Part shown: one piece after another, positions 39,552 through 48,732 of the stretch | Layout: every line of letters begins with the position of its first letter | Position numbering within the stretch: position 1 is the stretch's first letter | NCBI GenBank assembly: GCA_913043025.1 | Contig: CAJWLM010000004.1 | Location: 3,462-67,461 of the forward strand | DNA: 64,000 bases | Source: an uncultured Rhodospirillaceae bacterium | Lineage (GTDB): Bacteria; Pseudomonadota; Alphaproteobacteria; UBA8366 | Reading direction: 5' to 3' | Translations under genes and position numbers: made by a program | The notes under the pieces: model-generated | Database searches by the model: none | Told to the model about the DNA's origin: nothing | Seen by the model: the letters and a program-made list of their open reading frames with translations, nothing else

Positions 39552-42500
39552 ATGTATTTCGACTCCAGATTGTGGCCATATACTAAAGGCGTGCGGTTAC
39601 GCATTTTAGCAGCAGTCCTTGTTGGATTGCTAGCAGCCGCTTTCGGTGTTGGGCGTTTGGCATTACTTGGTTGGTTGTTGGGGCGGGTCTGGGAGGGTGC
39701 ACCACTTACTCAGTTGTTGCTGCCAATATCAGTTATTGCGGTCGTGATGTTATCCCGAGGTTGGCTTGAATATTGGCGCAACATGATAGCACACAAGACA
39801 GCAGCGAAGGTTCAGGTGCATATACGGAAATTATTGTACAAACAGGTGGTCGCACTCGGGCCATCTTATTTTGGAAACGAAAGAACAGGTTCAGTAATAG
39901 CTGCTATGATTGACGGTGTTGAGCAGTTGGAAATTTATTTCGGCCAGTATATACCGCAGCTTTGCATCGCCACTATAACGCCGCTTGGAATTTTCGTAGG
40001 TGTTGCATTTCTGGATACGCCAGTCGCGCTAGTAATGCTTGGGGCAGCTTTAGTGACACTGGTTGGGCCGCAGATTTTTCATAAAATGGAAGCGGGAAAT
40101 TCGCGGCAACGCTCAATTGCGTTTAAAGCCTTTGCTGCTGAATTTCTAGATGCGGTTCAGGGGCTTGGTACACTGAAGGCATTTGGTCAAGCTAGGAGAC
40201 GTGCAACATATCTAGCGCTGAAGGCTAAGGCATTATTGCGTTCAACCATGTGGGTCCTCGCAACGAATCAGATTGCGCGTGGTTTAACAGATGCTGGTAT
40301 TGCCGTAGGTGTTGCGGCGACCTTAACATTGGGAGCCTACCGGTTGGTTGAAGGAGAAATTTCGCTTTCTGCTTTGTTGATTATCCTCATGATGGGTACC
40401 GAGGCCTACCGTCCGCTTCGCGATATGCGGTCATTACTTCACGCTGGCATGACTGGAAGGTCAGCAGCAGATATGATGCTGGGGCTCTTAAGTTCGAAAC
40501 CCGAGATTCAAGAATGTGTCGACGCCCAACCAACTCCTGATTTATCACCAACAATTTCATTCAAAAATGTGAAATTTGCTTACCCCAATTCTCGACGCAA
40601 TGCACATAGGGGGTTGAGTTTTGAAGTGGATCGAGGGGAGAGGATCGGTATAGTTGGCCCATCTGGTTGCGGTAAGTCGACGATTGTCAAGCTGTTACTC
40701 CGACAATATGATCCGAGTACGGGTGCGATTCTACTTGGCGGAATAAACTTATGTGATTTGCGATTAGAGGATCTTCGCAAACAAATGGCAGTCGTGAATC
40801 AAGATACCTATCTATTCCATGGAACAGTCGAAGATAATATCCGCTTAGGGAAGCCACACGCCACAGAAAATGAAATAAAAGCCGCAGCAATTTCAGCTAA
40901 TGCACACGATTTCATCAAACAATTGCCACAGATGTATGAAACTACCATCGGCGAACGTGGCATTAGACTTTCGGGCGGCCAGCGTCAGCGTATCGCGATC
41001 GCAAGAGCCTTGTTACGAGATGCGCCGATATTAGTGCTTGATGAAGCTTTGTCGTCCGTAGATGCTGAAAATGAGGCGATCATTCAAGAAGCGCTTGATC
41101 GATTGATGCAAGGCCGAACGGTGTTGATTTTTGCTCACCGGCTTTCTAGCGTTATAGGTGCTAACAGAATATTGGTCTTAGAAAATGGAAGGGTTTGTGA
41201 GCAAGGAAATCATGAGGAGTTGCTTGCTGCTGGTGGCATTTATCACAAATTAATGGCTGTGCAGGCAGCTCAAGTAGGCGAATATCAGGTTCCATATTTC
41301 GGCACGGATGACACTGCACCCAATCAAGTGATAAAAACGAATGATATTGATCGTCTTGCTGAGGCTGAAGCACAAAGTGAGCCGACTGATGCTATACTCA
41401 GAGCAAATGGAATGGGCTGGTTAGATGTTTTTCGTGAATTATTGAGTTTCGTGGGGCCTTGGCGTACTCAATTGTTGACGACTTTCATACTAGGGGTAGC
41501 GCGAGTATGCGCATTTATTGGTGTGGGCGTGATGGGTGCGCTAGCAGTAAGTGCAATTAAGCTAAACGAACCATTCGAGGTGTATCTAATTTGGCTCGGT
41601 ATTCTCGCTCCCATGGCAGGCCTCCTTCATTGGCTCGAAAGTTGGCTTGCCCACGATTTTGCTTATCGGATGCTTGCAGAGATGCGGATTCAATTGTTCG
41701 AAAAACTTGAGGCTTTGGCACCATCTTATTTGCTCAGAAGACGCACGGGTGACCTCGTAAGCATGGCGACACAGGATGTCGAGACAATCGAGTATTTTTT
41801 TGCACACACTATTGCACCGGCATTTGTTGCGGTTTTGGTCCCATTTGTTGTTTTTACAGTATTGATAATTGAAGGGTGGCAACTCGCGGTTGCGCTTGCT
41901 CCGTTCTTAGCGTGGGTTGCGTTAAGTCCCTTTCTTAAGCGAAAGCGCATTGACCGGTTAGCATCGCGTGCGCGGGAGGTACTAGGGAACCTTAATGCTC
42001 ACGCTGTAGATACGGTCCAGGGACTAGCAGAAATTACAGCATTCCAGGCGGAACGACGACGCGAGATTGAGTTTATTCAGAAGGTACGGGAGCACCATCG
42101 AGCTCGTCTTCCTTTCTTCGGAGATATGACTGCACAAGCGGCCATATTAGAAACCGCTATCGGCCTCGGTGGTCTTGCCGTCATCACAACTGGTGCTCAC
42201 CTTGTCGCAGTAGGGTCATTTGAACCTTCTAATTTGCCCCTTTTGACCATTCTTGCAATGGCGGCGTTTTTACCGATTTCAGAAATTGCTCACATCGGTC
42301 GACACCTTGCTGACACACTCGGGTCGACACGCAGGATTTACGCTGTTCATGGAGAGCCGGTTGATGTAACCGACGGGCCGGGCGTGACACGGCCAAAAAG
42401 TGTCGGCGGGGCAGAGCTGGCTCTGGAGAAAGTATCGTTTCGTTATTTTGGTCGTAAGCTGGATGCCCTGCATGAGGTCGCATTCACCATTCCTGCCGGT

Positions 42501-43157
42501 AAAACTGTTGCATTAGTGGGTCCATCGGGTTCAGGCAAAAGTACCACCGCACATCTCTTGATGCGATTTTGGGACCCAAATAATGGCCGGGTGACGATGG
42601 ATGGCTGTGATCTTCGCGAATTTGCACTTGATGACCTGCGTCGGCAAATAGCACTTGTTGCTCAGGATACTTATCTTTTCAACGACACGTTGAAAAATAA
42701 CATATTAATGGCTAAACCGGACGCTAGTGATTTTGAGGTTAATAAGGCGGTACAAAGAGCGGCGCTCGGAGAATTCGTTGGAACCGTGCCAGGTGGATTG
42801 GAATCCTCTGTTGGCGAGCGTGGCATGCATCTTTCTGGAGGGCAGCGTCAACGAGTTGCGATTGCGCGTGCATTCCTCAAAGACGCACCTGTGCTAATTT
42901 TGGACGAGGCAACCAGTCATCTCGACGCCGTAAGTGAGACATCTGTGCGAGACGCTTTGAAAGAATTAATGGCTAATCGCACCACGCTCGTTATTGCTCA
43001 TCGACTATCAACAATTCGTGAAGCGGATTTAATAATAGTACTCGAAAACGGTTTTATTTCCGAAGTTGGTTCGCATGACGAATTGCTTTCAAATAAGGGA
43101 TTATATGCGAAATTAGTTTCGCGTCAGATGGTTGCGGCGGCACAGAGTATCACCTAG
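39552..43157 (+). CDS. Fused full-length ABC exporter (TMD-NBD-TMD-NBD), CydD-CydC-like
   Basis: 1201 aa. Two sets of 6 TM helices, each followed by an NBD. Walker A: GPSGCGKST and GPSGSGKST. Signature: LSGGQRQRIAIARA and LSGGQRQRVAIARA. Walker B: ILVLDEALS and VLILDEATS. Confidence 0.85.
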   Translation: MYFDSRLWPYTKGVRLRILAAVLVGLLAAAFGVGRLALLGWLLGRVWEGAPLTQLLLPISVIAVVMLSRGWLEYWRNMIAHKTAAKVQVHIRKLLYKQVVALGPSYFGNERTGSVIAAMIDGVEQLEIYFGQYIPQLCIATITPLGIFVGVAFLDTPVALVMLGAALVTLVGPQIFHKMEAGNSRQRSIAFKAFAAEFLDAVQGLGTLKAFGQARRRATYLALKAKALLRSTMWVLATNQIARGLTDAGIAVGVAATLTLGAYRLVEGEISLSALLIILMMGTEAYRPLRDMRSLLHAGMTGRSAADMMLGLLSSKPEIQECVDAQPTPDLSPTISFKNVKFAYPNSRRNAHRGLSFEVDRGERIGIVGPSGCGKSTIVKLLLRQYDPSTGAILLGGINLCDLRLEDLRKQMAVVNQDTYLFHGTVEDNIRLGKPHATENEIKAAAISANAHDFIKQLPQMYETTIGERGIRLSGGQRQRIAIARALLRDAPILVLDEALSSVDAENEAIIQEALDRLMQGRTVLIFAHRLSSVIGANRILVLENGRVCEQGNHEELLAAGGIYHKLMAVQAAQVGEYQVPYFGTDDTAPNQVIKTNDIDRLAEAEAQSEPTDAILRANGMGWLDVFRELLSFVGPWRTQLLTTFILGVARVCAFIGVGVMGALAVSAIKLNEPFEVYLIWLGILAPMAGLLHWLESWLAHDFAYRMLAEMRIQLFEKLEALAPSYLLRRRTGDLVSMATQDVETIEYFFAHTIAPAFVAVLVPFVVFTVLIIEGWQLAVALAPFLAWVALSPFLKRKRIDRLASRAREVLGNLNAHAVDTVQGLAEITAFQAERRREIEFIQKVREHHRARLPFFGDMTAQAAILETAIGLGGLAVITTGAHLVAVGSFEPSNLPLLTILAMAAFLPISEIAHIGRHLADTLGSTRRIYAVHGEPVDVTDGPGVTRPKSVGGAELALEKVSFRYFGRKLDALHEVAFTIPAGKTVALVGPSGSGKSTTAHLLMRFWDPNNGRVTMDGCDLREFALDDLRRQIALVAQDTYLFNDTLKNNILMAKPDASDFEVNKAVQRAALGEFVGTVPGGLESSVGERGMHLSGGQRQRVAIARAFLKDAPVLILDEATSHLDAVSETSVRDALKELMANRTTLVIAHRLSTIREADLIIVLENGFISEVGSHDELLSNKGLYAKLVSRQMVAAAQSIT

Positions 43158-43243
43158 GAAAAACCTCAGTAACTTGCGCTGGAGGTCAATACCGGGTGTA
43201 ATTGGTGCGTTTAAAAGTAGAAGCAGTAACATAGGAGGTACTG

Positions 43244-44731
43244 ATGGCAGCTCTGAAGCGCTATCAGCATTATATTAATGGTGAGTGGGTAGATCCATCC
43301 AACGATGAGTGGATAGAAAGTTACAACCCTTATTCCGGAAAACCGTGGGCCGAAGTTCCTCGCGGAGATGCTGCGGATGCTGATCGTGCTGTTTCCGCTG
43401 CATTCAAAGCTTATACATCTGGTGATTGGCCCAATGTGGGCGCTACAGAGCGCGGTGCCCTGATGCGTAAGTTGGGGGACCTCATTGCTGCTAATTCTCA
43501 AAAGCTTGCCGCGATTGAAGTCCAAGACAATGGCAAGCTCATGGCAGAAATGGGAGCACAGCTGGGCTATATTCCTCAATGGTATTATTATTTTGGCGGA
43601 TTAGCCGATAAGATTGAGGGATCAGTCTTACCGATTGATAAGCCCGATACATTTAATTTTACTGTCCATGAGCCACTTGGGGTGTGCGTTGCAATAACGC
43701 CATGGAATTCACCCTTATTGATCACTGCTTGGAAACTTGCTCCAGCTTTAGCAGCTGGCAATACTGTCGTGATAAAGCCATCAGAATACACTTCTGCATC
43801 TACTTTTGAGTTTGTAAAATTAGTTGAGGAGGCAGGCATTCCGCCGGGTGTCATAAATGTTGTTTCCGGCTATGGTAATGAAATTGGTGAAGCACTTGTG
43901 GCGCATGAAAAGGTTGCAAAGGTTTCTTTCACCGGCGGCACGGTTAGTGGAACCCGGGTTTACGAAAATGCTGCCAGCGGTCTCAAAAAGGTTAGTCTTG
44001 AGCTTGGGGGCAAATCACCGAATATTGTGTTTGATGATTGCGAGATCGATAATGCAGTAAAAGGTGCGATATCAGGCATATTCGCTGCTACTGGGCAAAC
44101 ATGCATAGCTGGATCTCGCCTTCTGGTTCAAGAAAGTATTCATGATGAGTTCGTGGATCGGCTAATTACATTAGCTAAAACAGCAAAAATGGGCGATCCT
44201 ATGTCAATAGAAACACAGGTCGGCCCCGTGACGACACCACCGCAATACAAGAAAATTCTTAGTTATTTTGACATCGCAAAAGAAGATGGAGCAGAATGTG
44301 TGCTGGGTGGGAGCAAATCCGACGACCCGTCCCTTGAGCATGGGTGGTTCGTCCAGCCGACAATTTACACGGGCGTAAGAAATTCAATGCGCATTGCTCA
44401 GGAAGAAATATTTGGGCCGGTGTTATCAGTAATTCCATTTAAAGATGACGACCACGCGGTCGAAATTGCTAATGATGTCGTTTATGGTCTTGCTTCAGGT
44501 GTATGGACACAGAGTATTCGTCGTGCCCTTGAAATTTCTAAACGCATTCAAGCAGGCACAGTCTGGGTCAACACTTATCGAGCAGTCAGTTTTGTCTCAC
44601 CTTTTGGGGGGTTTAAGCGTTCAGGATTAGGTAAAGAAAGTGGCCAGCATGCGATACGCGAGTACATGCAAACGAAAAGTATCTGGATAAGCACAGCAGA
44701 AGAGGTGCCAAATCCATTCATCATTCGATAA
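43244..44731 (+). CDS. NAD(P)-dependent aldehyde dehydrogenase
   Basis: Preceded by AGGAGG. Motifs ELGGKSP and catalytic Cys block FAATGQTCIAGSR. 495 aa. Confidence 0.9.
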   Translation: MAALKRYQHYINGEWVDPSNDEWIESYNPYSGKPWAEVPRGDAADADRAVSAAFKAYTSGDWPNVGATERGALMRKLGDLIAANSQKLAAIEVQDNGKLMAEMGAQLGYIPQWYYYFGGLADKIEGSVLPIDKPDTFNFTVHEPLGVCVAITPWNSPLLITAWKLAPALAAGNTVVIKPSEYTSASTFEFVKLVEEAGIPPGVINVVSGYGNEIGEALVAHEKVAKVSFTGGTVSGTRVYENAASGLKKVSLELGGKSPNIVFDDCEIDNAVKGAISGIFAATGQTCIAGSRLLVQESIHDEFVDRLITLAKTAKMGDPMSIETQVGPVTTPPQYKKILSYFDIAKEDGAECVLGGSKSDDPSLEHGWFVQPTIYTGVRNSMRIAQEEIFGPVLSVIPFKDDDHAVEIANDVVYGLASGVWTQSIRRALEISKRIQAGTVWVNTYRAVSFVSPFGGFKRSGLGKESGQHAIREYMQTKSIWISTAEEVPNPFIIR

Positions 44732-44759
44732 TAGTTTTCTTAATTGGAGGAATTAACGT

Positions 44760-46145
44760 ATGGCGCAAATTGCTTTTGATCAACCAGAAGCCAAGGGGCT
44801 AACAGCTAAGTTGGCAAACCACGCTGCAGATCTGTCATTCGACGAATTGCCAGATGATATTGTATCAATTGCAAAGTGCTGTTTTCTTGATTGGTTAGCC
44901 GTAACTTTGGCTGCGCAAGACGATCCAATAACAAAAATGCTCATTTCTGAGGCCAAAGAACAAGGAGGCAACCGACAAGCAACAATCATTGGCGATGGAC
45001 TCCAAACTTCGGTTGGGCAAGCCGCTCTCATTAATGGGACCGTGAGCCATGCTTTAGATTATGATGATGTAAATCTCCTGATGATTGGTCATCCATCCGT
45101 AATTACTTTTGCTGCAATGTTGGGCCCGGCCGAACGTGATGGCACAAGTGGTAGGGATTTCATAACCGCTTTTGTTGCTGGAACCGAGATTGGTTGTCGC
45201 GTAGGTAAACAGCTGATGGGGGAGTCTCATTATCAAAAAGGTTGGCATATGACTGGTACTGCTGGCACTTTTGCTGCTGCTGCGGCAGCCGGGAAAATTC
45301 TTGGCCTTGAATCAGACACTATGACTGTTGCGTTTGGAATTGCAGCCAGTCAGGCGGCCGGGCTAAAAGCAAATTTTGGCACTATGTGTAAGCCATTGCA
45401 TGCAGGGAAGGCATGCCAAAATGGCCTTTTTGCCGCTTCAATGGCTAAACGTGGTTGGACCAGTAATAGAGAGATACTCGAATGTGTTCAGGGTTTTGGT
45501 GATACACAAACGAATGCATTCACGCCGGATCTTGCTACCGAGGGATTGGGCGAACGGTTTCTGACGCGTGGAATGTTATTTAAATATCACGCAGCTTGTT
45601 ATGGCACTCATGCCGCAATTGAAGCAGCTAGGGTCGTGCGTTCTACTCATGGCGTTTCACCCGATGAGATAGAGAATGTCGAACTCCACGTACCATCAGG
45701 TTACTTTAAAATGTGTAATATCCACGAACCGCGCACGGGCCTTGAGGGTAAATTTAGCCTTCGGTTTACAACAGCGATGGGACTTTTAGGCGAAGATACG
45801 AGCAGTATGGATAGCTATTCAGTTGAGAAATGTAAGCACCCAGCGGTTATTGCAATGAGGGATAGAATAAAAGTTGTAGCCAATGACGATTTAGAAAATG
45901 ATCATGCAGTTGCGGACATTATATTAACGAAGAAAAATGGTGGTGTGGTTCGCCAAAGTGGAGCCGTCTACGAACCAGAAACCAATCAATCGAGGCAGTG
46001 GTCGCGGTTGACTGAGAAGTTCATGAGTCTTGCCATGCCGGTTATTGGTGCTGACAAAGCTGGTCAGATTGTCGATAACGTAGGGGCATTACAGGCCATG
46101 GACGATCTTCAATTTATTCCCAAACTCGCGGTGAAAGAGGGTTAA
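44760..46145 (+). CDS. MmgE/PrpD family protein
   Basis: Typical PrpD-family blocks (AKCCFLDWLAVTLAA, HALDYDDV, GWHMTGTAGTFAAAAAA). Confidence 0.85.
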   Translation: MAQIAFDQPEAKGLTAKLANHAADLSFDELPDDIVSIAKCCFLDWLAVTLAAQDDPITKMLISEAKEQGGNRQATIIGDGLQTSVGQAALINGTVSHALDYDDVNLLMIGHPSVITFAAMLGPAERDGTSGRDFITAFVAGTEIGCRVGKQLMGESHYQKGWHMTGTAGTFAAAAAAGKILGLESDTMTVAFGIAASQAAGLKANFGTMCKPLHAGKACQNGLFAASMAKRGWTSNREILECVQGFGDTQTNAFTPDLATEGLGERFLTRGMLFKYHAACYGTHAAIEAARVVRSTHGVSPDEIENVELHVPSGYFKMCNIHEPRTGLEGKFSLRFTTAMGLLGEDTSSMDSYSVEKCKHPAVIAMRDRIKVVANDDLENDHAVADIILTKKNGGVVRQSGAVYEPETNQSRQWSRLTEKFMSLAMPVIGADKAGQIVDNVGALQAMDDLQFIPKLAVKEG

Positions 46146-46148
46146 GGT

Positions 46149-47873
46149 ATGCCTGCGCCACATCGCGGTCGCGCATTATCAAACCGTCACATGGTTGCAG
46201 CCGGGAATTATCATGCGGCGTTAGTTGGTATGAACATTCTCGAAGCTGGCGGAAATGCAATCGATGCTGGTGTGGCAGTGGGTATAGCGTTGGGGGTTAC
46301 AAATTGCGATCAGGTCAATTTTGGTGGGGTTGCGCCTATTATGATTCGCATGGCCGAAACGGCAAAAGTGATGACCATCTCGGGTCTTGGATGGTGGCCC
46401 AAAGCTGCCGATGTTGAATATTTTATCAATGTACACAAAGGTAAAATGCCACCAGGCATAAGACGAACTGTTATTCCGGCAGCACCAGATGCATGGATAA
46501 CCGCACTTGAACTTTACGGCACTATGACATTTGGTGAAGTTGTTGAGGGCGCGAGGCGGCTAGCGATTGATGGATATCCTGCAACAACACTGAACGCAGA
46601 GTTGATGTTAGCCAATAGGAAGGCTCTTCTCAAATGGCCTGCTAATAGAGAGGTATTTTTGCCGGACGGCATTCCGCCAAAAGCAGGAGAAAATTTTATC
46701 CAGACTGACCTAGCGGCCACAATGCAATATATGGTTGACGAGGAAATGGCGGCTAAAGGTGGACGTGAGGAGGGTTTGAGGGCTGCGAGGAATGCGTTCT
46801 ATAAAGGTGACATAGCTGAGAAGATTGCTGCCTATAATAATGCAAACGGCGGCTGGATTACACGCGAAGATTTAGCTGAGTACAGGTCAGGTCATGAAGA
46901 GCCTTATTCTATTAAATTTATGGATTACACGGTTTTTGGCTGTGGCCCTTGGTGTCAGGGGCCAATAATTCTTGAAACATTGAATATATTGCGGGGTATT
47001 GACCTCAAGTCGATGGGGCATAACTCGCCCGAGTACCTTCACACCATTCTGGAAGCACTCAATCTCTCCTATGCTGATCGACATTTCTATCAGGGCGATC
47101 CTCGCTTTGTTGATGTGCCGATGGAGGGCCTTTTAAGCGATGAATATGGTGCGTTGCGTAGGAATTTGATTGACGCTAGCAAAGCATTTGGAGAAATGCC
47201 ACCGCCGGGCAGCGCAGAACAGCTCGGGATCACGCCTAGAAAGAATGTAGAGGTTGGCGAAAAGGCCATAGGCTTTAAGGAGATGGCTGTAGACACAGCG
47301 TATACATGTGTTATCGATAAATATGGCAATGCATTTTCGGCTACTCCGAGTGATGGCCAACATTCATCTCCAATGATTCCTGGGCTTGGTTTCGTCCCGT
47401 CGAATAGAGGTTCACAATCATGGACTGATCCTAATAATCCCGCCTGTATGGCTGCCGGAAAGCGACCAAGATTAACTCCAAATCCAGCACTTGCAATTAA
47501 GGAAAACGAGTGGATTATGCCTTTCGGATCCCCAGGTAACGACGTGCAGCCGCAAGCCATGATCCAGGTATTGCTTAACCAACATCTTTGGGGGATGCGG
47601 CCTCTGGAGGCGGTAGAAGCACCACGAGTGGCATCTACGAATTTCCCAAGGTCGTCAGAACCTCATGATTATTTTGCCGGTCGCATTAATGTTGAAGGCC
47701 GCATAAACCAACAAACATGCAAAAAACTTTCAGCACTAGGGCATGATGTTGTTATGTGGCCAGATTGGGAGTGGAGGGCTGGCGCAGTAAGTATGATCAG
47801 AGTAGATTTGAAAACGGGTATTATGGAGGGCGCAGCTGATCCTAGGAGACCCGGACTAGCATTAGGGGCATAA
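46149..47873 (+). CDS. Gamma-glutamyltransferase family protein, no signal peptide
   Basis: The N-terminal block AAGNYHAALVGMNILEAGGNAIDAGVAV is typical of GGT. A candidate autoprocessing Thr lies in VDTAYTCVID. The N-terminus MPAPHRGRALSNRH lacks a hydrophobic leader. Confidence 0.8.
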   Translation: MPAPHRGRALSNRHMVAAGNYHAALVGMNILEAGGNAIDAGVAVGIALGVTNCDQVNFGGVAPIMIRMAETAKVMTISGLGWWPKAADVEYFINVHKGKMPPGIRRTVIPAAPDAWITALELYGTMTFGEVVEGARRLAIDGYPATTLNAELMLANRKALLKWPANREVFLPDGIPPKAGENFIQTDLAATMQYMVDEEMAAKGGREEGLRAARNAFYKGDIAEKIAAYNNANGGWITREDLAEYRSGHEEPYSIKFMDYTVFGCGPWCQGPIILETLNILRGIDLKSMGHNSPEYLHTILEALNLSYADRHFYQGDPRFVDVPMEGLLSDEYGALRRNLIDASKAFGEMPPPGSAEQLGITPRKNVEVGEKAIGFKEMAVDTAYTCVIDKYGNAFSATPSDGQHSSPMIPGLGFVPSNRGSQSWTDPNNPACMAAGKRPRLTPNPALAIKENEWIMPFGSPGNDVQPQAMIQVLLNQHLWGMRPLEAVEAPRVASTNFPRSSEPHDYFAGRINVEGRINQQTCKKLSALGHDVVMWPDWEWRAGAVSMIRVDLKTGIMEGAADPRRPGLALGA

Positions 47874-48122
47874 GCTCTAAAAAATTGTATGCCGTTATAA
47901 GTTATCACCGAGAAAGACCATCTTTGAAAAAAATTATCGGTGAAGATAAATCGCTGAGACTGTTTATAAAATAGTTCCAATAACTAAAATGAAGTGAGCG
48001 CAAGGTGCTTGTGAACGGAATGACTTTATTTTTGTACTGTAGTTCATAGTCCATAATCATTTCGTATATAGATTTATTGCGGTAAGATATCGTAGTAAAT
48101 TACCGAGAGGGGGAACTCAATA

Positions 48123-48647
48123 ATGGGTCATACGATAGAAAGTTTTAGTGCTACTTGCAATCAATTGCTTAAAGCTGAGCCAGGGCCAGCAGGACGTGAA
48201 AAAGTGCGTGCGCTCCTTAGCGAGGTGCTAATGGATGACGAATTTATTTCTACCCATTTTGGCCCCGATAATGTTGACCCTCGGAAATGTCTATACAAGG
48301 ACGAGGATTTAGGATTTTGTATATTCGCCCATGTACACACTGGATCCAAAGAAAGTCCACCGCATGACCATGGTCCACAATGGGCAATTTATGGTCAGGC
48401 AGATGGTATCACTGACATGAATGAGTGGGTTCTAATTACTGCACCTGACGGCGATAGACCTGGTAAGGTCAAACTAAAGAAGACTTATAAAATGAAGCGT
48501 GGAGACGTTTACCTATACAACGAGAAGCAGCTTCATTCTCCTCGTCGCGATGGTCCGACAAAGTTGATACGCATAGAGGGCTCCAATCTTGACTTTGTGA
48601 AGCGCCAACGGTTTGAGCCAATCGATGAGGTGGTGGCAGCCGAATAG
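48123..48647 (+). CDS. Cupin-fold protein (cysteine-dioxygenase-like layout), function unknown
   Basis: 174 aa. A His-rich metal motif, FAHVHTGSKESPPHDHG, followed by beta-strand-rich sequence and a later H (QLHSP). Preceded by GAGAGGGGGA. Confidence 0.5.
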   Translation: MGHTIESFSATCNQLLKAEPGPAGREKVRALLSEVLMDDEFISTHFGPDNVDPRKCLYKDEDLGFCIFAHVHTGSKESPPHDHGPQWAIYGQADGITDMNEWVLITAPDGDRPGKVKLKKTYKMKRGDVYLYNEKQLHSPRRDGPTKLIRIEGSNLDFVKRQRFEPIDEVVAAE

Positions 48648-48732
48648 AATTCAAACACATACCCAACATCGAGTGGTTCGTATTTTTTGATCAAACGTGT
48701 GACCAGCTAACCTCAAAAAAAGCTAGAACTGA

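Noticed and set aside
47905-47943. The inverted repeat TCACCGA ... TCGGTGA after the GGT gene could be a terminator or operator.
   Set aside because: The arms are only 7 bp, with a 25-nt spacer and no T-run, so it is not a convincing intrinsic terminator. An operator role cannot be supported without a regulator.
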